Of a DNA stretch of 64,000 bases, positions 52,330 through 60,914 are shown piece after piece. Origin of the DNA: a virus. The position numbers were made by a program, and so were the translations under genes. Location of the stretch: IMG/VR virus record IMGVR_UViG_3300038393_001317. One strand, given 5' to 3'. How positions within the stretch are numbered: the stretch's first letter is position 1; each line of letters opens with the position of its first letter. The notes under the pieces were generated by a model. That model was not told the origin of the DNA. It did not search any database and was given only the letters and a program-made list of their open reading frames with translations.

Positions 52330-52964
52330 AGGCGCATGGACAGCGACATGCCGTGTCGCTCGTTCACCACGCGCAGGCGCGCCAGGATGCGCTTCTGGGT
52401 CTCGAGGTCGGCCTTGCCAATCTCCTCGATGATGATGCTGTAGAACTGTTGGATGGTGCGAGCGTTCCAGAGCTCGTCCAGCACCTTGAGGCTGGTCTCG
52501 ATGATCGAGGCGCGCGTCTTGATCGACTTCTCGAAGGTGTGCGCGTTCTTGATGCGCTCGCTGACCTCGCCGCTTTCGGTGTCGGTGACCTCCTTGACGC
52601 TGAATGCCCGCAGGAGCTCGGCGTCGCGGTACAGGTTCTCAATCTCCTCGGCGAAATCGAGCTTGCGCATGCTGCGCTCGACGCCCTGGCGCGCCACCAG
52701 CGCCGGCGGCGGGGACGGAATCTCGCCGGCGGCCGCGGCGGTCGCGCGATCGCGCAGCGCGTCGTGCGCCTGGCGAATCTCGACCTGGCTGGGCGGGTCG
52801 TTCTTGACCTTGCGAATCCAGGTCCAGATCGTCGCCGGCGGAATGTCCGAGCAGGTGTCGAGAAGTGGCCGGTAGTTCTTGGGCCCGTGTTCGGCCAGGT
52901 GGGCCTTGATCAGGCCCAGGACCTCAGTCTTGCGCTCCTCGGTGAACGTGGCTTTGGCTGGCAT
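52326..52964 (-). CDS. terS: terminase small subunit candidate
   Basis: 212 aa immediately upstream of and overlapping terL, with an N-terminal HTH-like segment. Box with leaderless spacing. Confidence 0.55.
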   Translation of the reverse strand: MPAKATFTEERKTEVLGLIKAHLAEHGPKNYRPLLDTCSDIPPATIWTWIRKVKNDPPSQVEIRQAHDALRDRATAAAAGEIPSPPPALVARQGVERSMRKLDFAEEIENLYRDAELLRAFSVKEVTDTESGEVSERIKNAHTFEKSIKTRASIIETSLKVLDELWNARTIQQFYSIIIEEIGKADLETQKRILARLRVVNERHGMSLSMRL

Positions 52965-52970
52965 CCCTCG

Positions 52971-52986
52971 AGGCTACCGTCACGTC
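52971..52986 (-). promoter_or_regulatory. GACGTGAC-GG-TAGCCT box, 6 nt before ATG 52964
   Basis: - strand GACGTGACGGTAGCCTCGAGGGATG. Confidence 0.5.
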
Positions 52987-53368
52987 ACAGGCCGAGGAGC
53001 TTCCCCGCGTCGCCAACATCGCCAGGGCCGATGCTCTGTTGCTCACCGTCGACGGACGGCAACGACTGCGGCTTGTGCTCCGGCCAGGGCTCTTTCGTCC
53101 ACTGCGCGTGACCCATGAGCGGCTGCGGATGCGGGTCGCCGTCCTGCAGCAGCGTGATGCCGTTGAAGCGGTGCGCGTTGCCCTTGGCGTCGGTGACCTC
53201 GAGGTCGACCAGGCGCGCGGTGTGCACGTTGGTGACGATCGCGGGCAGGCCGCGCAGCTTGCCCATCTCGAGCGTGCCGCGCGGGCCGCGGGGCATGCCG
53301 GCACTCGGGACATACCAGACCTCGTCGTTGGGGGCCGGCGGCTTGAACTTGTTGCTGGTGCTGGGCAT
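52985..53368 (-). CDS. hypothetical protein (127 aa)
   Basis: GAGGAGG SD. Confidence 0.65.
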   Translation of the reverse strand: MPSTSNKFKPPAPNDEVWYVPSAGMPRGPRGTLEMGKLRGLPAIVTNVHTARLVDLEVTDAKGNAHRFNGITLLQDGDPHPQPLMGHAQWTKEPWPEHKPQSLPSVDGEQQSIGPGDVGDAGKLLGL

Positions 53369-53378
53369 GGCGCCCTCC

Positions 53379-54077
53379 TCAGTCGTGGTCGTTCCTGGTG
53401 TCCAGGACGGGCCGCATTGTCACGGTGAGCGCGTCGCCGGCGGCCAGCGGTGCGGTGTCGCTCAGGTCGACGCGGTCAACCAGGGTCGCGGTCTCGCGCG
53501 TCGCAATAGCCGGCACGGGCAGGTCGCCCAGGCGCAGCAGGCCGCGCGCGACATTCACGTCGTCGTCGCTGTACGGCGTCTCCTCCTCGATCGCGTTCGC
53601 CTCGCGCACGCCGCCCGGGTGCCGCATCATGCGGTGCAGGCGGTCGGCCAGCGCCGGCCAGGTGCGGCAGGTGCCGGCGGGCCCGAAGTGAATCAGGGCG
53701 CCGCGGAACTTGTCGCAGTTGGCGCGGTGCGGGCGGTCGTCCACCAGCACGTCGCCGTCGTCGCCCAGCAGGCCCTTGTCGTGCGTCATGATGATGTTGC
53801 GACGCAGCGCCGGCAGGTACTTGAACACCCAGGCGGCCTTGTCACTGTACGCGTATGCGATGCCCGTCGGCGGTTTTGTTGCGATGAACGTCTCGAACCC
53901 GTACTGCCCAGCCAGGCTCAGGACCTTTGCCATGCCGGCGATCGCGCCCTCGAGCGGCGGCATGTTGAGGTAGGCGCCGGGCAGCTTCTTGACCTCGTCG
54001 CCGGTCAGGCTGTGGCGCTTCATGAACGCGTCGAAGTCCACCAGGACGCCGTCCATGTCGAAGAAAAGTCGCTTCAT
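53379..54077 (-). CDS. HAD-superfamily 5'(3')-deoxyribonucleotidase-like protein
   Basis: Start trimmed to ATG 54077, giving MKRLFFDMDGVLVDFDAF (DxDGVLxDF motif I), then IATKPP and VLVDDRP. Confidence 0.7.
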   Translation of the reverse strand: MKRLFFDMDGVLVDFDAFMKRHSLTGDEVKKLPGAYLNMPPLEGAIAGMAKVLSLAGQYGFETFIATKPPTGIAYAYSDKAAWVFKYLPALRRNIIMTHDKGLLGDDGDVLVDDRPHRANCDKFRGALIHFGPAGTCRTWPALADRLHRMMRHPGGVREANAIEEETPYSDDDVNVARGLLRLGDLPVPAIATRETATLVDRVDLSDTAPLAAGDALTVTMRPVLDTRNDHD

Positions 54078-54079
54078 GA

Positions 54080-54262
54080 TCAGTCCATCAGAAAGAGCCA
54101 GAGGATGCCGACGGCCGTCACCAGCTCGCCGGCGGTCTCGAGGCTCGAGCCAGGCTTGCCGATGCCCATAGCGAGCAGGCCCATGGCGAGCGTGATGAGC
54201 GCGGGCGCGTGTCGCTTGAGCTCCCACCACGGGTCATCGGGGTGCAGATTCTTGGAGCTCAC
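54080..54262 (-). CDS. small two-helix membrane protein (60 aa)
   Basis: GTG start in a GTGA overlap with the upstream stop; ..ALITLAMGLLAMGIG...LVTAVGILWLFLMD. Confidence 0.5.
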   Translation of the reverse strand: MSSKNLHPDDPWWELKRHAPALITLAMGLLAMGIGKPGSSLETAGELVTAVGILWLFLMD

Positions 54263-54762
54263 GCCGGCACCTCCGCGGCCTGGTGGTCCAGGGCGTCGAT
54301 GCACATTTGGATGGCGGCGCGCGCGACCAGGTCGACGCGGTCGGCCTTGATCACCTCGAGGCGCGTGCGCAGCTCGCCGGCGTCGATCGAGCCCGACGCG
54401 CGCGGCGGCGGCACGATGCCGGCATGCTCGAGCGTGTTCGCTTGGGCCTCCTGCGTGTAGGCGGCGTGAATCGCCTCCTCGTCGGCGCTCATGGGTTCGA
54501 CCAGCGGCCCGGCGGCACCGGCAGCGCACGCGATCGCATCGGCGTCGCCGCCCATGTCGGTGTCGTCGTAATCGAGCTCGTCGTCCTCGGGAATCGAGAC
54601 CCACGCCAGGTAGGCCAGGGACAGCACGCCCAGGGCCTCGAACCAGAAGCGCTTGGCGCCCTCCTCGAACGGCAGGCCGGTAATCCAGGTGAAGATCGCC
54701 GTGCCGATCGCGCACAGCGCGACGGCGATGACGGAGACGGTCAGGAGCTGGAGACGGTTCAC
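54259..54762 (-). CDS. membrane protein (167 aa)
   Basis: GTGA overlap. Two N-terminal hydrophobic helices, then an acidic region. Confidence 0.65.
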   Translation of the reverse strand: MNRLQLLTVSVIAVALCAIGTAIFTWITGLPFEEGAKRFWFEALGVLSLAYLAWVSIPEDDELDYDDTDMGGDADAIACAAGAAGPLVEPMSADEEAIHAAYTQEAQANTLEHAGIVPPPRASGSIDAGELRTRLEVIKADRVDLVARAAIQMCIDALDHQAAEVPA

Positions 54763-55244
54763 AAGCCCTCCGCGTGCAGGGCCGGGCCGCAGTCGCGCGC
54801 CGGCCGGAAGTCGTAGCCGTCGGTGAGCAGCGGCAGGTGTCGCATGGTCGGGTCGCCGGCGCGCAGCTTGTGCTCTGCGGCCTCGGCCACGTCGGCGGAA
54901 ATCTCGGCGATCGGGCCGCGCGGTCCGGAGACGACGGCGCCCTGCGGCGTGAACGCGCGCAGCGGCTCCGCGGAGAACACCATGACGCGCGGCAGGGGCT
55001 CGGCCGACGTGAGATTGAGCTGGCGACGCGCGCGCGCCTCCTCGGTCTCGGCGTCGATCGCGCGGCCGTTCACCACGAACGACGGCCGCGGCGGCGGGTT
55101 GAACACCGTGTCGGGGTTGCGGGCCAGGGTCTCGTGGTCGTCAGTGGATTGCGACGCGGCGCCGCGACGCAGCCACAAAAGCAAGGCCACGAAGGCCAGG
55201 ACGACCAGGATGACGGGGAGGTACGACAAAAGAGCTTGGGGCAC
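54759..55244 (-). CDS. N-terminally anchored membrane protein (161 aa)
   Basis: GTG start with GAGGAG 7 nt upstream; LSYLPVILVVLAFVALLLWL. Confidence 0.65.
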   Translation of the reverse strand: MPQALLSYLPVILVVLAFVALLLWLRRGAASQSTDDHETLARNPDTVFNPPPRPSFVVNGRAIDAETEEARARRQLNLTSAEPLPRVMVFSAEPLRAFTPQGAVVSGPRGPIAEISADVAEAAEHKLRAGDPTMRHLPLLTDGYDFRPARDCGPALHAEGL

Positions 55245-55404
55245 TGCTCACTCCTCGGGGGTATTGCGGATGAGTTATTGTGTCGCGTTTTTGATCAAGT
55301 GGATATAGCGCGCACGCAACATCGGGCGCCGGCGGAAACGGATTCGGGCAGCTCGCGGCGACGTGGCCTGGTTGGCCGCAACGCGTGCACTGGTCGCCCT
55401 TCAC
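55141..55404 (-). CDS. possible CCHC zinc-knuckle peptide
   Basis: MKGDQCTRCGQPGHVAASCPNP fits CX2CX4HX4C. ATGA overlap with the upstream gene. The 3' two-thirds has poor codon bias and overlaps the next gene. Confidence 0.3.
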   Translation of the reverse strand: MKGDQCTRCGQPGHVAASCPNPFPPAPDVACALYPLDQKRDTITHPQYPRGVSSAPSSFVVPPRHPGRPGLRGLAFVAASRRRVAIH

Positions 55405-56039
55405 TTCGCCGGCCTCCAGGCGTAACCGCGGCCGGCGACGGCGACGATCGGCAGGCCCATGAGCTGCATGTCGGCTATGTCGCGGTAGACGGTGCGCGGC
55501 ACGACGGCGAACTGCTTCGCCAGGTGTTCCGCGGTCAGCGTGTCATGCGCGCGCAGGGCCTCCACGATGCGGTGCCGGCGCTTGGAGATGTACGGGCTTT
55601 CCGGGTGCAGCTCCTCGGGCACGTCGGGCGGCGGCTCGTCGTACGCGCGCAGCTCCCAGCGCGGGAGTGCGACCTGGTAGCTCACCTTGGCGTCGCCGAT
55701 CATGAGGGTGCGCTCGACGGGGTCGGTGTCCCAGACGGGGAACCATCCCATGCGCCGGCGGGCGTTGGTCTTTGGCGCCGGCATCGGCGGCGCGGGCGGC
55801 AGCCTCGGCGCGGGTGTCGGCGCCGGCGTCGGTGCGGGCATCGCGGCGCCGTGCTTGGCGAACAGGTTCGCGCGGGCGATGCGCGCCAGGACGGAGTCCT
55901 TCGGCTTGTCGCTCAGCGTGTTGACCATGCGCCGCTCGTCCGGCCAGGACGTGGGCGCCGGCGGCAGCATGCCGGTCGCGAACACGTTGAACGCGCGCGC
56001 GCCGGCGTCGTCGTCCTGGTCCTGCGGCTCGCCGGTCAT
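55401..56039 (-). CDS. DNA-binding protein with C-terminal HTH (HTH_11/DeoR-like)
   Basis: ..LTAEHLAKQFAVVPRTVYRDIADMQLMGLPIV..GRGYAW; Pro-rich linker. Confidence 0.65.
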   Translation of the reverse strand: MTGEPQDQDDDAGARAFNVFATGMLPPAPTSWPDERRMVNTLSDKPKDSVLARIARANLFAKHGAAMPAPTPAPTPAPRLPPAPPMPAPKTNARRRMGWFPVWDTDPVERTLMIGDAKVSYQVALPRWELRAYDEPPPDVPEELHPESPYISKRRHRIVEALRAHDTLTAEHLAKQFAVVPRTVYRDIADMQLMGLPIVAVAGRGYAWRPAK

Positions 56040-56620
56040 CGGTCGGTCACCACGCGCAGCGGCCGGCCCTTGATCGGGTTGGCCTCGCCGTCGGTGACGG
56101 CCTCCACAAAGTTGATGACCTGGGGCGAGTGCGCGCCGTATCGGCGCACGACCTGGTTGAACTCCTCGAGGTCATGCCCCAGCAGGCCGAAGATGGGCGC
56201 GCCCTCCTTGGTGAAGCGCAGGTTGCCCAGCGCGTCGCGCGCGTGCACGCAATGTGACAGCTCGTGGAAAACCAGAATCTCGCGATCGAGCGGCGACGCG
56301 TCGGCCCAGTACATGGAGTCCAGGGCGATGATGAAGTCCGGGTAGCCGCCGAAGTACTGCTCGAGCAGCCACTCGAACATGCCGGACAGCTCGCCGTTGG
56401 CCGTCGGCTTGCAGTACGCCGTGCCGACTTCCCAGCGCGCATGCTTGCGCTTCGGCTCGTTGCGCATCAGGAACTCGATATGGGGCTCGGCCTCGCGCAG
56501 CTCCTCGAACTCCGGCATGGCGTACACCCGGGCGAAGATGGGCCCGACGACGTTGAGGTCCGGCCGGCTGAATGCGCCGGGCTCGTCCTGGGCGAAGTCG
56601 ATCGCGCGACGTGCGCTCAT
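56036..56620 (-). CDS. putative zinc metallopeptidase (HExxH)
   Basis: Start trimmed to ATG 56620 (ATGA overlap); ILVFHELSHCVH. Confidence 0.6.
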   Translation of the reverse strand: MSARRAIDFAQDEPGAFSRPDLNVVGPIFARVYAMPEFEELREAEPHIEFLMRNEPKRKHARWEVGTAYCKPTANGELSGMFEWLLEQYFGGYPDFIIALDSMYWADASPLDREILVFHELSHCVHARDALGNLRFTKEGAPIFGLLGHDLEEFNQVVRRYGAHSPQVINFVEAVTDGEANPIKGRPLRVVTDR

Positions 56621-56835
56621 GGCGCCATCCCGGAGCCGCTGCAGGTCGGGCAGATGGCGCCCTCGTTGTAGCGGTCGTTGCCCCAGCCGAAGCAGTCGGG
56701 GCACAGCTTCGGCCGCGGCGGTGCCGGCCGGCGCGCGGCGACGATCAGGCCGACCAGCAGGATGATGATGACCAGGGCGGGCGCGCCCAGGGCCAGGACC
56801 ATCGCCCAGGCGGGAGCGGCGCCGGCAGGACTCAC
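56617..56835 (-). CDS. membrane-anchored protein with DnaJ-like CxxCxGxG zinc finger
   Basis: GTGA overlap at 56832-56835; LALGAPALVIIILLVGLIVAA then CPDCFGWG...CPTCSGSG. Confidence 0.55.
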   Translation of the reverse strand: MSPAGAAPAWAMVLALGAPALVIIILLVGLIVAARRPAPPRPKLCPDCFGWGNDRYNEGAICPTCSGSGMAP

Positions 56836-57080
56836 GCCGATGCTCCAGGCGCCGGCGTCGCGGGCTTCGCGGCCGCGGTCTTGGCCTCGAGCCAGGCGGT
56901 CACCGACTCGGCGATCGCCTCGACGCCCTTCTGCCCGACGTTCGCGGCCAGGTAGCCGCCCAGGGCGAGCTTCACGAGCTCGAGCCAGGCGGCCTCGCTG
57001 ATGACGTGGCCCATGAGGAGCCAGGTGACGAGCGCGACGAGCGCGATCGCGACGAGCAGCTTGCGGGAGGTGTAGCGCAT
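56832..57080 (-). CDS. small membrane protein (82 aa)
   Basis: LLVAIALVALVTWLLMGHV, then an amphipathic segment. Confidence 0.6.
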   Translation of the reverse strand: MRYTSRKLLVAIALVALVTWLLMGHVISEAAWLELVKLALGGYLAANVGQKGVEAIAESVTAWLEAKTAAAKPATPAPGASA

Positions 57081-57089
57081 GGTGGTCTT

Positions 57090-57353
57090 TCAGTGCCAGG
57101 TGCACATGACGGTCTGGTGCAGGTGGGCCAGGTGGGCCTGGGCGGCGTCCTTCTCGGCGTGTCCACCGTCGACGGCACCGTTGCGCCAGCCGTGCCAGTA
57201 GGCGCGCGAGTAGTAGCTCGCCGTCGGAGGGGGGTCGCCGCGCAGGCCAGCGCGGTAGCCGGCCAGGACGTGGTCCATGTCCAGGGCGTCCATGTCGGCC
57301 AGGTCGAACACGGGCGCGAACTCGGGATGGCGCATCGGCATCGCGGGGCTCAT
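57090..57353 (-). CDS. hypothetical protein (87 aa)
   Basis: Overlaps the upstream gene end (57350/57353); normal composition. Confidence 0.6.
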   Translation of the reverse strand: MSPAMPMRHPEFAPVFDLADMDALDMDHVLAGYRAGLRGDPPPTASYYSRAYWHGWRNGAVDGGHAEKDAAQAHLAHLHQTVMCTWH

Positions 57354-57646
57354 GGCTCGGCCGGCTCCTCGTCCTCCTCCAGGCGCGCCGGCGTCCAGCC
57401 GTGGCGGTGGAGCTCGGCCAGGCCCTCGGGCGTCAGCCAGACCTTGGTCTTGACCAGGCCGCGGTCCATGAGCGACGTGAGCACGCGCGCCAGGGTGTTC
57501 TTGGCGGCGTCGGCCGTCGCGCCGGTCGTGCTCTGCATGAACGCACGCAGCGCGGTCGGCTCCTGCGGGCCGGCATTCGCCAGGTGCGCAAGGGTGCGGT
57601 ACGGCGTGTCGTTACGGTTGAGGCTTCGGTGACGTGGACCGGGCAT
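57350..57646 (-). CDS. winged-helix-like DNA-binding protein (98 aa)
   Basis: I prefer ATG 57646 over the track's TTG; ..AKNTLARVLTSLMDRGLVKTKVWLTPEGL.. Confidence 0.55.
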   Translation of the reverse strand: MPGPRHRSLNRNDTPYRTLAHLANAGPQEPTALRAFMQSTTGATADAAKNTLARVLTSLMDRGLVKTKVWLTPEGLAELHRHGWTPARLEEDEEPAEP

Positions 57647-58094
57647 CGCTGGGCTTTCCAAACAATGCCTCGATCATTGGGTCACGACGCGCACCGCGGC
57701 GCTTGAGCTGGCGCTCGGCGTTGCGACGCGCGAGCTCGTCCGGGTCGGTCACGCGTAATTTCTCACGCAGGTCGCGCCGGCGCTCGGTGACCGTGCGCTT
57801 GTTCGGCCGGCGCTTGTCGGTGTCGCGGCCGCCGGGCGTGATGACCTGAAACAGCGCGATGGGCGGGCGATCGCTCACGCGCCAGTCGGCGATGCGCACG
57901 CGCCGCGGGCCAGGCGGGACGCCGTCGCGCTCGACGCCGCGCAGGAAGTCCAGGTACTGCACCGTGGTGCGCTTTGCCAGGTGCAGGTGCTCGGCCAGCT
58001 CCTGCGCGCTGTGCGGCTCGGCCAGGAACTCGAGGGCCTTCTCGAGCTTCTTGACCGCGGCGGGCTTGCGGAACGCGTAGGTCTTGTGGGTCAC
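57612..58094 (-). CDS. HTH/winged-helix DNA-binding protein (160 aa)
   Basis: GTG start in a GTGA overlap with the MTase stop; ..SAQELAEHLHLAKRTTVQYLDFL.. and a basic C-terminus. Confidence 0.65.
   Translation of the reverse strand: MTHKTYAFRKPAAVKKLEKALEFLAEPHSAQELAEHLHLAKRTTVQYLDFLRGVERDGVPPGPRRVRIADWRVSDRPPIALFQVITPGGRDTDKRRPNKRTVTERRRDLREKLRVTDPDELARRNAERQLKRRGARRDPMIEALFGKPSDARSTSPKPQP
57673..57688 (-). promoter_or_regulatory. GTCGTGAC-CC-AATGAT box inside 3' end of upstream gene
   Basis: - strand GTCGTGACCCAATGATCGAGG, 26 nt before ATG 57646. Confidence 0.45.
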
Positions 58095-59251
58095 GCCGGA
58101 ATGAGCGGAATCTGCCGGGCCTTGAACTCGGCCAGGCGCTGCACCTCGGCCTCTGCCTCGCGCAGGCGCTCGCGCTCCTTGTACGCCCAGGCCAGGCGCG
58201 CGCGGATGACCGCCTCGTAGCCGGCGGGCTCGCCGTCCTCGCGATCGAGCTCGAGCAGCACGGGCCGCAGGTCCTCCAGGATGGCGCTCACGCCGAAGGT
58301 GCCGCTGCCCGCGAACAGGTCCAGCGTGACGCCGCCGGCGGGCGTGACCAGGCGCTGGAGCCAGCGGCCGACGGCGATCGGCTTGACCGTGGTGTGATGG
58401 TTGCGCCGGCCGTTGCGCGCCGGCAGGCCCTCGAGGCCGGCCTCGCGCTCGCCGGGCGTCGCCTTGCCGCAGTAGAAAAACCGGGCGGCAGAGCCGGCGC
58501 CGTCGTCGCGCATGTCGAACGGCACGCGCTGGCGCAGGTTGGTGACCGCGCCCGTGCTGGCGCAGCTCGGCTCGTCGCCGCGGATGGCGCCCTTCGCGCC
58601 GGCGCTGTCGGGGAAGTGCGCCAGGACCTCGTCGCTGCCGTCGTGCAGCAGGTTGGCCGGCCAGCGGCCCAGGTCATTCGCGCGGGCGCCGCCCATGCTC
58701 AGGTCGGTGCCGGCGCGCGCCCGGGTGCGGTCATGCCCGCGGTCACCTGAGCAGTTGCGCCGGTACGCCTCGAGGTCGTCGCCCTCGGGGGCGATGCGGC
58801 AGGCGTCGACGTTCAGGCCGCCCAGGCCGTTGCGCTCGACGTTGTCGTAGATCGTGCCCTTGAACGGCTTGCGCGCCAGGGCGATGGGTTCCCAGGCCGG
58901 TTTCGCCTGGGTGCCGCGGCCCTCGCCCAGGTCGCGCGACTTCGGCATGCCGGAGCCGTAGACCCAGGCGAATTGATCGCGCACTTCCCAGCCGGCGTCC
59001 TCGATCGCGCAGGCCAGGCGGTGGTAGGTGCGGGTTCCGGAGAACGCCATGAGGTGGGCGCCGGGCTTCGCGACGCGCAGCGCCTGGGCCCATAGTTCCA
59101 CGTGAAACGCGATGCCGGAGCGGTCCCAACCCTTGTCCATGAAGCCCAGCTCGTAGGGCGGGTCGGTGACGATCGAGTCGATGCTGTCGTCCGGCATGGC
59201 ACGCAGCAGCTCGAGCGCATGTCCGATGCGCAGGTCGTGTCGGTCGGTCAC
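58091..59251 (-). CDS. DNA methyltransferase (N6-adenine/N4-cytosine, DPPY first = beta-class order)
   Basis: SIVTDPPYELGF near the N-terminus and TLDLFAGSGTFG near the C-terminus. Confidence 0.8.
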   Translation of the reverse strand: MTDRHDLRIGHALELLRAMPDDSIDSIVTDPPYELGFMDKGWDRSGIAFHVELWAQALRVAKPGAHLMAFSGTRTYHRLACAIEDAGWEVRDQFAWVYGSGMPKSRDLGEGRGTQAKPAWEPIALARKPFKGTIYDNVERNGLGGLNVDACRIAPEGDDLEAYRRNCSGDRGHDRTRARAGTDLSMGGARANDLGRWPANLLHDGSDEVLAHFPDSAGAKGAIRGDEPSCASTGAVTNLRQRVPFDMRDDGAGSAARFFYCGKATPGEREAGLEGLPARNGRRNHHTTVKPIAVGRWLQRLVTPAGGVTLDLFAGSGTFGVSAILEDLRPVLLELDREDGEPAGYEAVIRARLAWAYKERERLREAEAEVQRLAEFKARQIPLIPA

Positions 59252-59445
59252 TTCGGGGTCCTTGGCTTTTCGAAGGCGTGCCGGTACTGCCTGGGCAGGA
59301 GGCGCCGCGCGCGGACGACAACGTCCTTGGGTAGAGGCGTGCCGGCGTGCTCCAGGAGCTCGTCAATCACGCCGTAGAGCTCTGGCACCAGGCGCTTGAC
59401 GATCGCGGCGTCGACGCGGGCCTCGGGTGTTGGCTCGGAGGTCAT
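59248..59445 (-). CDS. hypothetical protein (65 aa)
   Basis: Start trimmed to ATG 59445; stop overlaps the MTase GTG start. Confidence 0.5.
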   Translation of the reverse strand: MTSEPTPEARVDAAIVKRLVPELYGVIDELLEHAGTPLPKDVVVRARRLLPRQYRHAFEKPRTPK

Positions 59446-59672
59446 CAGTAGCGGCCTCGCTTCGGGCCCTGCAGCGCGCGCCGGCGATCGGCGGCCAGGC
59501 GGGCGCCACGCTCGGCGGGGGTCTCGCCGGCGGCCGGGTCCACCTTGATGCGGGCGTAGCGGTCGCTGTCCACCAGGGCGACGGTCGTCGTCATGGCCGC
59601 GGTAGCCAGGGCGATGCGGAAGTGGGCGGACGTGCCGCTGTACCTGGTGCCGAAGGGGTCGCCGAAGCTCAT
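59445..59672 (-). CDS. hypothetical protein (75 aa)
   Basis: Start trimmed to ATG 59672 (ATGA overlap). Confidence 0.5.
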   Translation of the reverse strand: MSFGDPFGTRYSGTSAHFRIALATAAMTTTVALVDSDRYARIKVDPAAGETPAERGARLAADRRRALQGPKRGRY

Positions 59673-60376
59673 CGCGGCGCCCGCTCGAGAATCGCGTCGC
59701 CGTGCGGGAGCTCGACGCCCTTCGCGTCCAGGCCACGCACGCCGAAGAAGTCGGCGTAGGCGCGCACCTCGTACTCGGCCTTCCACTCCTCGGGGTAGGC
59801 GTGCGGCGTGATGCTGGCGCCCTCGCGGTTGATGCTGACGTAGTACGTCTTGCGGCCGCCGGTCTCGGTCATGACCGCCACGGACACGTCGCGCACGGCG
59901 CGCGCGGGCCAGCGGTTGAGCATGACCGCGGCCTCCTTCGCGTAGTCGTTGCCGGCGGCGATCTTGTCGGCCAGCCAGGCCGCGCGCTCGGCATCCGTGG
60001 CGCCTGGCGCGCCCGGGGCGGCCTCGATGCCCAGGTACTCGAGCGGCGTCAGCACGGCCGGCGTGTCGGGCCCGACGTGGGCCTCCTCGATGTTGACGCT
60101 CAGGTACTCGCGCGCCTCGTCGTCGTCCATGCCCATTGCCATCAACGCGTCGAGCAGGCGGCAGCGGTCGTACACCACGATCATGGGCTCGCCGCAGCGC
60201 TTGGCAACGCCGACGATCGCGCCGTCGAAGCCGTCGCCGTCCAGGAACAGCAGCTCGGTGTCATCGAAGGCGCCGGCGAGCTGGTCGCGGATGCTGCCAG
60301 GCGCGGCGGGGTCGGCCTGGTCGCCGCTGATTTGGCGCAGCGCCTCATTCAGCCGGTTGTGGTGGTTCTCGCTCAT
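59669..60376 (-). CDS. hypothetical protein (235 aa)
   Basis: Start trimmed to ATG 60376 (ATGA overlap); normal composition. Confidence 0.65.
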   Translation of the reverse strand: MSENHHNRLNEALRQISGDQADPAAPGSIRDQLAGAFDDTELLFLDGDGFDGAIVGVAKRCGEPMIVVYDRCRLLDALMAMGMDDDEAREYLSVNIEEAHVGPDTPAVLTPLEYLGIEAAPGAPGATDAERAAWLADKIAAGNDYAKEAAVMLNRWPARAVRDVSVAVMTETGGRKTYYVSINREGASITPHAYPEEWKAEYEVRAYADFFGVRGLDAKGVELPHGDAILERAPR

Positions 60377-60609
60377 TCGCGGGGCTTCCAGTTTCGGGGG
60401 TTGAGCATGTCGTCCACGTCCTGGTAGTTGAAGCGCTGGCCGCAGGTGCCGCACTCGAACGGGTCACCCTGGGCAACCGGGCGGCCGTCGACGTGTTCGT
60501 AGTCGGAGAGCTGGCGCGCCTCGCCAACGCAGGGGATGCTCACGCGATGGAAGGCGGGACCGCCACAGGCCGGGTGCGTGAACGTGAAGGGGTGAGACGC
60601 TTTACTCAT
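60373..60609 (-). CDS. small Cys-containing (zinc-ribbon-like) protein (78 aa)
   Basis: ..HPACGGP...IPCVGE...ECGTCGQRF.. Confidence 0.6.
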   Translation of the reverse strand: MSKASHPFTFTHPACGGPAFHRVSIPCVGEARQLSDYEHVDGRPVAQGDPFECGTCGQRFNYQDVDDMLNPRNWKPRE

Positions 60610-60620
60610 TTTTGAGCATT

Positions 60621-60911
60621 CTAGGCGGGCACGCTCTGCGCGGCAACGATCAGGCTGGGAAACTCCGGCGTCGGCGTCGGGTTTCGTTCACACCGCACGC
60701 CGGCGTCGCGGCCGGTCTTGGTGCGGATGCCGCACGAGCAGATGCTCGAGACCTCGCGGTGCACGGTCTCGGCGCCGCAGTTGGTGCAGGTCCAGCGGTG
60801 CGCATGGTCGTCGGCGCAATCGAGCGGCCGCTCGCCGCGGACGATGCGGCCGAAGCAGGCGGCGCAGACGTGGTCGGTGAGGGAGACGAGGCCGGTAAGG
60901 GTGCGCGCCAT
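60621..60911 (-). CDS. Cys-rich zinc-ribbon-like protein (96 aa)
   Basis: VCAACFG...WTCTNCG...CSCG. Confidence 0.6.
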   Translation of the reverse strand: MARTLTGLVSLTDHVCAACFGRIVRGERPLDCADDHAHRWTCTNCGAETVHREVSSICSCGIRTKTGRDAGVRCERNPTPTPEFPSLIVAAQSVPA

Positions 60912-60914
60912 CGC

